The notes beneath the pieces were generated by a model. The model saw only the letters and a program-made list of their open reading frames with translations. It was not told the origin of the DNA and made no database searches. From positions 1 to 34,087 of the forward strand of contig JAVEBF010000073.1 in assembly GCA_051941275.1 (NCBI GenBank): a stretch of DNA of 34,087 bases. Direction: 5' to 3'. Each line of letters begins with the position of its first letter. Position 1 is the first letter of the stretch. Positions 23,992 through 34,087 of the stretch are shown one piece after another. This DNA is from Dirinaria sp. TL-2023a. Taxonomy: Eukaryota. Position numbers and translations under genes: made by a program.

Positions 23992-25351
23992 ATGCGAATA
24001 GGCCGTGAGAAAATGTCAGAGTTTACCAATTACAACATGACGGCTTTTGTTGATGGCAAGGCTGCAAAATTGCGGGCATCCTGTGATGCGTGCAACGAGT
24101 CCAAAGTGCGATGCAGCCAAGCAAAGCCAACCTGTGCACGCTGCCAGAGACAGGGGATCACCTGCTTTTACGGTTTGTCGCGTCGCAGCCACAAGAATGC
24201 TCCTCGAGTTCAAGACTCTCGCTCGATATCAGAATCTGGGTCCGCTTCTGCCGAAAACTCCAACGCATCGTCCATATCGACAGTATCTCAGGAGCAGTCG
24301 AATAAAACTCCCATTAAAAATCCTTCTTCGGATACGGAACTGCCTCAGGACGAAACAACTCATGGTTCGGTCAATGCAGTTTCAGAAACGACAGCAGCAC
24401 TTGAGAAAGACCTAGCTACGGGACCGGACAGCACTTTTCTGCTACCCTTAAACCATGTGTCTGGATTTGGCATCTACGATCAACACGTACTGAGCGCCAA
24501 CGATGATTGTGCAGAAAACATTCCAGCGCATGACCCAATGGACGATATATTGATGGCGGGCAACGACTTTTTCGGCCAATATCTGTCGTTGTCAAGCCTA
24601 GATGCTGAAGGTAGCATTGCCACTCGTGACGGCATTCTGAGTTTCGAGACGGACCACGAGCGGTGGACCTCGAAGAGGCAGCCATGCAGCTGTGTATCCC
24701 GGGTTATAAAGCAGCTCGTATCAATGCCTTTGGGTTTCGGGGACGAAAAGGCTACTTTTGACTCCCAGTTGTCGCATTTGAGACAAGCCATCAACATTGC
24801 AGAGGATTGTATCAAGTGCATTTGCACCTCGGACGATAATTTATCCATGACTATGGGTTAGTCATTCCTTCGCTTTGTACTATAGCAAATGTTGCCACAT
24901 TATTCAATTATGATCTATGTGACTAACACTTATTGTTGCAGTGACTGTTAGCATACTCGTTGGCCATGTTATTCAAGGCTTTGAATCACTTCTTGCTGAA
25001 TTTAGCTCATCGTCCGGGTCCTCATCTTCGAACATAGAACATTCGTCCAGCCGGCAGGCATCCAATGTTTCATCCCCTGGAATCTCCTGGGGACTGCTGC
25101 AGATGGATCCCGATGAGGAAGACGAATTGAAGCAACATCTGTGGCTGTTACAATTCCGTAAGCTCCAAAGGGTGCTGATGCAGTTCAATGCATCTACCGA
25201 ACAGTTCAGAAGTATGCAAGACGGCGGGAGTTCCGCACACGTCATGGAATGTCAGTGTATCCACTTGTGGTTGGCACAGAGGACAGACATTGTGAAAGAT
25301 AAATACAGGCAAAGTAAAATGCAAGGGAAAAATCAAACGCTAGAGGTTTGA
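23992..25351 (+). CDS. Zn(II)2Cys6 transcription factor, AflR-like pathway-specific regulator type, 2 exons, ~424 aa
   Basis: [40 protein letters not shown] is a C6 binuclear cluster. Exons 23992-24856 and 24942-25351 (GTTAGT..ACTAAC..CAG, phase 1). The C-terminal CSC..CIKCIC and helical region resemble cluster regulators. The start is uncertain (ATGs at 23992, 24013 and 24037). Confidence 0.92.
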
Positions 25352-27915
25352 GTAAAGAACCCTACGATCGAAGAGAGATACAACGAGGCCCAGTGGACTA
25401 TATACTAATGATTAAGGAACGTTATTTGTTTTCGAAGATTTGTCTCAGGCTCTCCTTACTTGCGTTACAAATTTGTCTAGACAAGCCACCGGCATCAATA
25501 TAAATCGATATCAGTGTGAAGCTCAATATTAGGTCATATAGTCATCCACACACAGACAGCGCAAAAAATTGGCCAGCGGGCACCACTCTGGCAATTGACG
25601 GCACATACGGCAACAAACTCTGCATACGGCAATGGTGGGCTAGATTCTCAGGCCTTAACGCACACGCCTGACGCAGGGGCCAAAAGTTAAGAAGACGAAT
25701 TCTTCCTAATTCGATCAGCGGTGGAGCTCCTATGATCAAGGTCACGCTTCAAATAGCCACTTGGAAAACGACTTGACCAAGGTGAATTCACACCTGAAGA
25801 GCCACTATCACGCATTGCCGATCAGCGCCACCACAATCTGTACCAACAACAGAACATCGGCAGATCATTCACAGGCACTGCTATTACGAAACGACATCAC
25901 CAGCAGAATCATTTCAGTGAATGGCAGTTATTACTTATGCATGGCTCCTAAGGACTTTTAGGCTGTCACTTATTGTGTCAGCGATGAAGCCCCGCATCTG
26001 TTCCGTATCATCTCCTTTGGTCATGTCAGCTCCAACGCAATGGATGTCGAGATCAGTCAGATGCTTGTCTAACTCGTGAGTTAGCGAAACTGTGAAGTAT
26101 ATGTATGAATAGCCTTACGAACGGGCTCCACCAATGGAGCTTCCAAATAAGGAATACTGATACCCTTGAATCACCGCGAGAGGGTGCTCAAATCGCCTTT
26201 CGCAGCAACTGAGGTTTTTGCGTAAACGGCTGTAAAGTCAGTCAGTCAGTCGAGCTTCTACCGGGTAATCAGAGTAGAGCTTCTACATTAGCATTTTATT
26301 CTTTAAAATTTGGCAGGTTTGATTCGAGACAAAGCTTCTTCACCTAAAAGTCACTGGATTGCAGAGGAATCACCCAGGACAGAGATCCGAACAGTTCCTA
26401 GCTTTCAAAAAGTACTTTGTACCATTGCTTCCAGTTCATGCTTTGATATGCGCTCGCTGTATTTCAGTCCAATTGATCATCGACCCAGGTGAGTGACTAT
26501 ACTCAAGGCGATTCGTCTGCCAAGTCGTACTCGAAGTCAACAGCGATTTGGCTCTAAGAAACTGCGAGGATGTCATGGATGCAACTGAACGTTGTTGATC
26601 TGATTTGCAGAAATCTGTCGTCACTTTCGAAATGCTATTTCTAGTGGAACCAATCGTTGTATCGTAAGAATGATAGCTGCGAGACTCTCACGCTAAACCA
26701 ATGCAGATTCTCATTGCATCGCTGTCGGATTGCAACGGGAAAAGAATGTTTTCGGATTCAAAATGACAGTCCCTAAAACACCGTTGTCGATCAACAAGGG
26801 TTGCAAGACACCACGCTTACCATAATCAGGTTTTTGTTGGACCTATTTTGGTTTGTAATGAGGAAAATAATACTTTCAGATTGAAGTGGCAGTCCTACCT
26901 CGGGCGCTAAAACCCATTGTCATTCAAGAAGGAGGAAGGGCTCTAAGACAACGCGCAAACCCAGTACAACCTTCAATTAAGTCTCTATCGGCTAGAACAG
27001 GAAGAAAACGAGTGATTATGCGCCCCTCAATGATCATTGAGCTATTCGATCAGTATGCACAAGCAGCCTTCATTACAGATTAGCAACGATTGAAATGGAG
27101 GGGCCAATCGACCCGATACCCAAAAGCAGCTTGATTTCTATCTCGCCAGTGTAAAAGCTCTACCATCCGTCTCGTACACTTTTGGAGTATGATTTACTTT
27201 TCTGATTGCCTACAGAGGTATCGAAGGTATTGACTGTCGAGTGAATGACCTTCTTTCTATTTTATTATAGAGTTAGAATGGCAAATTTTTGGACATAATA
27301 AATTATCAAATACAGCAATAATCACCCACTAACTGTGGGACCCCCTTTGGGCGCAAAATCCAAGGCTGTTGCTGTCTGACACAAATACTGAACAAGTACC
27401 TGTCTGACGCAATTCGACGCATCATGGACCCTCAAGCCCATAGTCGTAGGAATACGTTCCCTCGGTAAGTCTCTGCAAACTTATCAGCCGTGTGAAGCGA
27501 AGAGTTGATCGGCCGCTTATTTCGAGGAATGCCTGGAGACTGCTCCTCTCCTGTGGGTCCTGGGAACTTCTCCGCAACGAACCATATACTCATTGTACTA
27601 TCCATGAGCCTCGCTTCAATGTCGCTGGCTTCTATGAAATCGAAGGCAAGGAGCATTCAAGCAACGAAAACTTACTACCTGCAAAAGGATTTCCGGCAGT
27701 TTTAGAGTCGGGTTTTCAGTATCAGTGTTCTCGAGGCGACATGCATCGGCGATTCAACAGCAAAAATTGCTTCACATCGCCCTAGAATGCTTCGAGGATA
27801 GGTTTTTCTCCCGATAAGGCTTCAGGACCGAACACTGGGTTTTGGCCGCAGAGTTTACGTTTGGCTTTAGCGTGGTGCAGACAAAAGAGTCGGACGAGTC
27901 TGTATCCTGTCTCGG

Positions 27916-27933
27916 AAAAAAAAAAAAAAAAAA
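27916..27933. repeat. Poly(A) tract (A18)
   Basis: Read directly. Confidence 0.9.
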
Positions 27934-28579
27934 CGAATCTCGCTATACTTGATCACTAGGAGCGGCCACTTTGCGCCAGACGTGAAAAGTACCATTCTAG
28001 GACACTCCGTTGGTCTCCCGTTCAATTTTCTTAGCCCAAGGTTAGCTTCCGTCCCTCAGGGATCAGAAAGTGACCTTAGCTAAAAATTCTCAGAGTCTGC
28101 TCTAAACACCGCCTATTTCGTTATTGCTCTGTTGCCTTCATATTGCAAGATTGAGTCTGAGAACATCAAGTTCGCGTGCACCCTTTGTTGGTGGACCGAA
28201 CCGCGTCCACTCTGCCGAGCAGGTCTTTGCCAATATAAAAGCCAGATTCCCCTTCAGAAAGTCGGGTGCTTTATGTTCGACATTACTGCGAAAGAAAGCG
28301 ACAGAGCTTATGGGGTCGGTATTCTGTACATACAAACTCTCAAGCATGCCATTAGAGAAAACGACCGATTAAGGTGTCATCAGCGGTGATATAGAATGTG
28401 TCGAGTATGTATCATGGAGACCTTGTACTAAGATTAGAAATATCAATGCGCTGATTTGAGATCTATAAATTTCTAGACAGCTACGTTGCGTTCGTAATAC
28501 AGGTGGCTATCTGCTTACTGTTCTAACGAAAATAAACTTAGCTGGTGTAACTATAATATGAGAAATGACTTCTATAACC

Positions 28580-29720
28580 TTATGTATTGGTCTGCACGGT
28601 GGCGGGGTAGCGCTCGCCGGCGGTCGTAAACTTGGCCAAGATGGCATCAATCTCCTCCAATTCTTCATCCGTGATGTCGATCAGCTTGCTGTTCTCCTCC
28701 ACCCGTGCCGCTGTCGTCGCTCCAGGGATAGGGATGATGGTGGGCATCCCAGGACGCCTCGATAGCGCTCTTGTCCAGTTGATGGCGAGCTGAGCCGACG
28801 TGCAGCCCTTCTTCTTGGCGATCGCCTCGACTTTCTCGACTAACTGCAGGTTAATCTCGAAGTTCCCCTTCTGAAACCGAGGGAAGTTGAATTGAGTCAA
28901 CAGCGAGCCCGCCGGGATGTCTTCGAACTTCTTGAACTCGCCGGTCAACATGCCTCTGCCTATCGGCGAGTATGCAATGAGCGGAATCCCGTACTGGGCG
29001 CACGCAGCCGCAATGCCATTCTCTAATACGTCCGTGGAGAACCTGTGATACTGTAAGAGACGCTCTACCGACTTGATTAGGCGACTTGCAGTGAAAGCTC
29101 CACCTCTACAGCGAGAACCTTGGTATATTTGACAGCTTCATGGATCGTCTCGGCCCGCACCTCCGAGAGCGAGATACCCCCAAGCTTACCGGTCTGGACG
29201 TACTCCTTATTGATAAGATCATAAGTAGCTTCCATAGAGACGGCTGGATCCCGGCGGCCGAATTCAAACAAGTCGAGCTTCTTGCGGCCTTTGAGCTGGG
29301 CAATGCTGTCGTCGATAGTCCGGCGCGTGTTCTCGGGTGAAGCGTCTATCTTGTTGGTTTTTGGATTCAGGCCGCCTTTGATGCTGATGACAATCTTTTC
29401 CGCGTCTTCGGGATACTTTTCAAAGTACCGCTCCAGGAGCACCAGGCTGTTGTAGTCAGACGGCCCGTAGAACTCGCCGCCATTCCAACATGTGCCTGGA
29501 GTGACAATGGTCAGCCAATTGGACCCGAGAGAGTGTGTGGGCAGATCTAAATGTAAGAGAAAGTGTGAGAGGGGATTTTGCCCGCCCACATACTTCCGTT
29601 CTTGATAGCGGCGCGCATTGCCTCAAAGGCCTGCTCTTCAGGTGGCGGGTTTGCTCGCCACGTTAATCCCATCAGACCGAAGCCAATGGGCCCAACTTCC
29701 TTACCCACCAAAAGAGGCAT
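28580..29720 (-). CDS. Aldo-keto reductase, pyridoxal reductase-like (AKR8 type), 3 exons, ~331 aa
   Basis: Exons 29720-29594, 29495-29090 and 29042-28580; the second intron is GC-AG. Motifs GPIGFGLMGLTW, WNGGEFYG, KYPEDAEKIVISIKGG, LDLFEFGRRDP, GGISLSEV, VEVELSLFS, IAYSPIGRGMLTG, AQLAINW and PIPGATT..RVEEN. Confidence 0.95.
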
Positions 29721-29954
29721 TTTTAACGCCTATCAATTGCGACTTGGAAAAAAAGAGTAGGCGTTTTGGATCGAAGGAGGTTGATCTATTTGAACCTGGT
29801 TCGTATGTTGAATATGATGGGTTATCTGATTATCATAAAGCACTGTCGGTATATTTGTCTGCCCGGAGCGATGTGCGGGATCTAACTCAGGTCAAGACGT
29901 CAGATCGCATGCTCATGACCCAAATCGTCGAGCGTCGGCTTTATTTATAAGTAA

Positions 29955-29975
29955 ACTCCGTAACCTCCGCGGAGT
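29955..29975. promoter_or_regulatory. Candidate Zn2Cys6 binding element (ACTCCG..CGGAGT inverted repeat containing TCCGCGGA) upstream of the AKR gene
   Basis: Sequence actccgtaacctccgcggagt lies ~240 bp upstream of the AKR ATG and next to a TATA-like AT tract (tttatttataa). TCCGCGGA (29966-29973) equals the yeast PDRE core. Function is inferred only. Confidence 0.35.
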
Positions 29976-30844
29976 GAGACCAGTGCTATTATGAATGACT
30001 ATGACGTGGGCGAAGAACTGTATTGATGGTATGATGGCCTTGGATACGATAGATGAAGCCATCGAACACAAGAGGAAAGTCGGGAATAAGCCCTATTGCC
30101 GGCTCTAAGTCCGATCGAGCATGCTCTCCGCAACATACATTCGTAACAAATTGCGTGAGAACCCACTTGTAAATCGCCCCAGCAACCAACCGAGATGCCA
30201 TCCTATATAATGTACACTATAGATCGTTGCTGCGTCATTTCCATCTCCATGGGATAATGTCGAAACAGCAATTGACTGATTAAGTAATTGAGAACTTCTA
30301 AAGCCGTCTGTGCTCGGATTGATCCTGGGCCGCAATCATGCATTTCCCGACGATACATGCAATCATTCAGCACTGATGAGATAAGTGTCGTGACTGGCAG
30401 GCTTTCGAAAGATCCAGACGATCCTCCCTGCTGCAACATATATTGATACTGATCATTGATAGGACTAACGCTGTTGAGATCAAGTGAAGCGAGATAGGAT
30501 CCCGTTGAAAGGCTATAGATTCTATGCTTCATTCATAGAGCAGCTGAACTGGACTTCTTCGCTCATACTGCGACTAGACTTGAGAAGCAGGTCTGAGATG
30601 CCCATCGACTGAATGTAGCGATATAGCCGCGGGAGAAGACGTCACTTTGATGGATTCAAAGGGTTACAGAGCATATCATCACGCTTAGCCTGCCGCAGCT
30701 GACTTGCTGCAACTTTCTATCTCCTTCCAATGGCTGATGTGGTCTGGCTGACGATGTCGTTGACTTGAAAAACTCGATCCCTTTGCGACATCTCGTTATC
30801 ATTTCAGTCGTATCCGCCGAACTCATGACACTTCGATTGAGGGG

Positions 30845-30866
30845 AAAAAAAAAAAAAAAAAAAAAA
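30845..30866. repeat. Poly(A) tract (A22)
   Basis: Read directly. Confidence 0.9.
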
Positions 30867-31896
30867 GGATGGTGAGCACACAGACGACTCTCATCGAATC
30901 ATCTCCTGTGGTCGACAAGTTCAGCAGCCGTGATTACTTCGGATGGTCAAGGCAAGCATAAACAAGTATGAGTGATTCTTGATCTACACGAAGGCGCTGT
31001 AAGATGGACGTACAGTAAAGAAACTCTAGCATTCTCAGTCATCCGCCAACTCATCCTTTCTAGACTATTGTACAGCGAAAGCCAAGGTCTACATGTAAAA
31101 TATACTATAAGAGTCGTCCGCATTGTATCATGTCCTAGGCGCGCGAATCCTTTCCGATTGTAAAAACCCGTTTCATTGGTTTGATTCGAGTTCGAAGCGA
31201 GCACGAACACTCTAATTAAGCAGCAAACATGGATAATCTTTCAAGATGCACGGAGCGTTGTAGTAAATTGACGCTAGCAGCATTCATGCGAAGCTCTGTG
31301 GTTCAGGCGAGGAAGGCTCTTTTCTTGATTCGATCGTTCCAGTCTAAAATTAATTCTGGCTCACTCTTGATGCTCGGCCCGACATCCACTTCGGCGGTCT
31401 AACGGATATCTTTGAACTATATGTGTGCCTAGTATGTGCTTGTATACCGAAATTTCGACTTAGCTGGATGCTCGTGAAATCTAGAGTGAGCTTGGATGAG
31501 ATATATCACGGCAATATCACAGATACTGCTTTCATATTAGAGACCGATACCGATCAATTGAAATCAGCATCTCCGCTTACCCCATTCGACAAAAGACGAA
31601 TCGTTCCGCACAACACTTAAACGCAATCTCCATGTTATCCGCCCAATGTACTTTTCATCAGGACTTTCTTTTCACTTGGCAGTGGCATGAGATCAAGGAC
31701 TCGCAAAGGGCATGGCCGCGTTTCTGGTTCATGAAGTCAATAGAGCACAGTGTTTGTTCTAATTTGCTAAAGGTACATTCTTTGCGGCTCCATTTCAATG
31801 TGGTAACATCATTTTAACAGAACATATTTCGGACCTTCACTTTGCATCAGGTTCGCCAGGCGAGACCGTCAGAACCGTGCTCGGAAGCTAAGTCTC

Positions 31897-32330
31897 TCAG
31901 ACGAAGTTCCAAGTGCCCTGCAGAACCCCCGTCGCCGTGTTCCCAATCTTCTTAAATGCTGTCTCCGAGAGATCGATATGGTTGGCATCCTGCGCAGAAT
32001 CAATTAACCCTCCATTCCTGAAGCATGAGGTATCCGGCAGAGGGAGGAACGTACACAGCCAGCACATTTATCCCCAACCTTAACAGTGACGCTCTTGCCG
32101 TTTGCCGAATTGGTCACTTTGATGCTCTTCCCGCACTTCGAGGCGCTGTAAACAGACGGCGATAGAGCAGCGACGAGCTTGCCACCGTTGTTCTGGCCGC
32201 AAGCGCCAATTCCGGCGCCGGCGTCATAGTAGGTGATCTGGCCTGTCGTTCGTTTTTCCAAGGATTCCAAGGGGGAGGCCAAGGCCAGTGAAAGACTAGC
32301 CAAGATTGCGATTGGGGTTGTGAAGTGCAT
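31897..32330 (-). CDS. Small secreted RlpA-like double-psi beta-barrel (expansin-like/loosenin/Asp f 7-type) protein, 2 exons, 122 aa
   Basis: Exons 32330-32055 and 31989-31897. Signal peptide plus a pro-region ending in EKR, then GQITYY..GIGACG, VAALS, CGKSIKVT, GKSVTVKVGDKCAGC, HIDLSETAF and GVLQGTWNF. Confidence 0.93.
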
Positions 32331-34087
32331 GTTCGCGGCAAGTTTGGGGCGAGGTAAGTTGATGAAGGTGGAAGATGATGATGTGCTTGAGTATTGAAGC
32401 TGGAGAGATGAGGATTGTGCTGAACGATTGAAGGGAAATGCTGTCTACTTATAATCAATGAGTATGTGGAATCCACCATTGCTCGAGGCTATGGGGATCC
32501 TCTTTCCCTTCGATTCGTCACTGCTGATGCGTCTTTGTGTGGATTTGTTGTTGGCGTTTCATCAGTAACGACAGGGAGATTAGCAAGGGATCTTGTTCGT
32601 CGTCGTCGCCCTATGAACTGCATTGATGCTAGCCAGCGATATTCTAGCCAAGCAGTATCGCCAAATCTAGTATCTATGTCCGCGTATCGGGCGATGTTTC
32701 GGCTATACGGGGCGAAATCTTAGATGTCAGCTGACTCAGTAAGTCGGGGACGAGCCAATAAACCCCTTTCTCACTGAGAACTACCCCCAAGTAAAGCCAT
32801 TGAGCGTTCGATGGCTGGAAACCATCTGTTTCTGCATGTCAAGTTTTGTTCCAAGCTCGCTCCACTATCAGCGCTAGCCCCCACATTTCAAAAGATGACG
32901 GAGATACCATCCCGTCATTCATTGTTTTCGCAAATGTTGGAACGATCATCCAGATGCTAGCATTCTAATGCTACACATAGCATGACTGATATAGCTCTAT
33001 ATGTCAAGCCGCGCGTTCAGCTCGCTTCGCTTAACCAAATACTGCGTTTCTGAAACGAAGAATGCGGATATTCCGTGTCTGCCTTTCCCCCTATCGATAC
33101 TCTATTCTTTCTGAATCCTGCAAAAATATCTGCGATGATCGCCTTAATAGGTTTTTGTGGTTTGGGACACATGCTCCGCCTTCAGCTTTGTCATACCAGA
33201 TTCCTTGATGAAATCTCAGAGGAGTCCTCCAGCGATAGCCGATAGTGCAGCTGACTGGACGACGTACAAAAGCTTTACGCTGACTTGGTTTAGGGGCTCT
33301 GATTTCGAGACCCGACATGATGCGAGATTCGACTTGATGAATGACGAGGTCCAACTAGAGCAGGTCAACAGAGTCAGCTGCTGACCCATATTGTGAAACG
33401 CCCACTCCCATTTTCGTTTTTATATATACGATTGAAACTTCAGAGAAGTTAGCAAAGATTCAGACTTAAACTCTTGATGCATGTTGACGCGTAATGCTCC
33501 TTGGTGTTAGTTGTCTTAGATTAAGTTAGAATTTATGCTTATGGCTTGGCAAAGAATCGAGATTGCAGGATGCGGCGGCACAGCTTGATCGAAGCTGTAA
33601 ACAGTATCGAGTCATACCTACGTTTCAGCACTTGCAGCCACGTGACGTCAAGTAAAGACGAAAACCATCACGAGACGCTTCGGCAGCAGCATACGAGGTA
33701 TTTGGCGGAGCCGTAAGTATTGTCTCTCTATGCCCAGACTATCTCTCATTTCGTACACAACATCTCACACTCTGTCTTCTGATTGAAGATGATTATATTG
33801 CCCTTCAACTGTCTTTCTCGTGATGGTAAGAGTCGCTCTTCGAAAATTCCTCCAACTAAGGGTAAGGAGAAGATAATTGTTGTATTTTTTTGCTCTTTTA
33901 TGGACATGACAGCTCCTTTTGCAAATTCGTTCTCGCCCGGAAGGGCTCAAATACTTCTTCACAGGTCCGCTTTAGATAGATTATCACCTGGTTATTCGAG
34001 AAAATGTGCATTGTTTCGTGTTTTTGGCATCATCGTTCTCATTCTGCACGATGTTGACCCAATGCGGAAAGTACTCTCTCCGGGTCA

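Noticed and set aside
27424..28389. Possible small spliced ORF (MDPQAHSRRNTFP.. with a GTAAGT donor) and overlapping short ORFs near 28130-28390
   Set aside because: It needs an atypical GAG acceptor and gives no recognisable product; the evidence is too weak.
20431..30866. Three long poly(A) tracts as possible LINE/SINE tails
   Set aside because: I saw no shared upstream sequence, target-site duplications or reverse transcriptase remnants, so they are treated as simple homopolymers.
33091..33962. Short ORFs at the window end
   Set aside because: No motifs or convincing splice structure.
1..34087. Prokaryote-type systems (CRISPR arrays, operons), tRNA/rRNA genes, intact transposases, Starship captain recombinase, repeat-type RiPP precursor
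   Set aside because: The sequence is intron-containing fungal DNA. I found no repeat-spacer array, cloverleaf, DDE/RT/tyrosine-recombinase motif or multi-copy core-peptide repeat by eye.

Overview
Eukaryotic DNA from a filamentous ascomycete fungus: short GT-AG introns with CTRAC-type branch sites, a Zn(II)2Cys6 factor and a PTH11-type receptor. One secreted family resembles proteins I recall from lichen-forming Lecanoromycetes, but this is unverified. I reconstructed ten protein-coding genes by hand: an NAD(P)-dependent epimerase/aldehyde-reductase SDR (2483-3704 +), a secreted protein made of two tandem 4-Cys domains (5802-6964 -), a small Cys-rich secreted protein (8182-8658 +), a Kex2-site-rich secreted protein with a CBM4/9-like domain (8891-9879 -), a PTH11/rhodopsin-domain 7-TM protein (11906-13486 +), a Cys-rich type I membrane sensor (14467-15527 +), an MFS monocarboxylate-family transporter (17494-18947 +), an AflR-like Zn2Cys6 regulator (23992-25351 +), a pyridoxal-reductase-like aldo-keto reductase with a probable GC-AG intron (28580-29720 -) and a small secreted DPBB/expansin-like protein (31897-32330 -). 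Gene density is low, and several intergenic gaps hold protein-like reading frames broken by stops, some with strand-asymmetric base composition; these look like decayed genes. The window reads as an accessory region with a secretome/surface-sensing island (about 5.8-15.5 kb) and a secondary-metabolism or detoxification-like gene set with no core synthase. I found no RNA genes, intact transposons or CRISPR arrays. All family calls come from motif recognition, not database searches.
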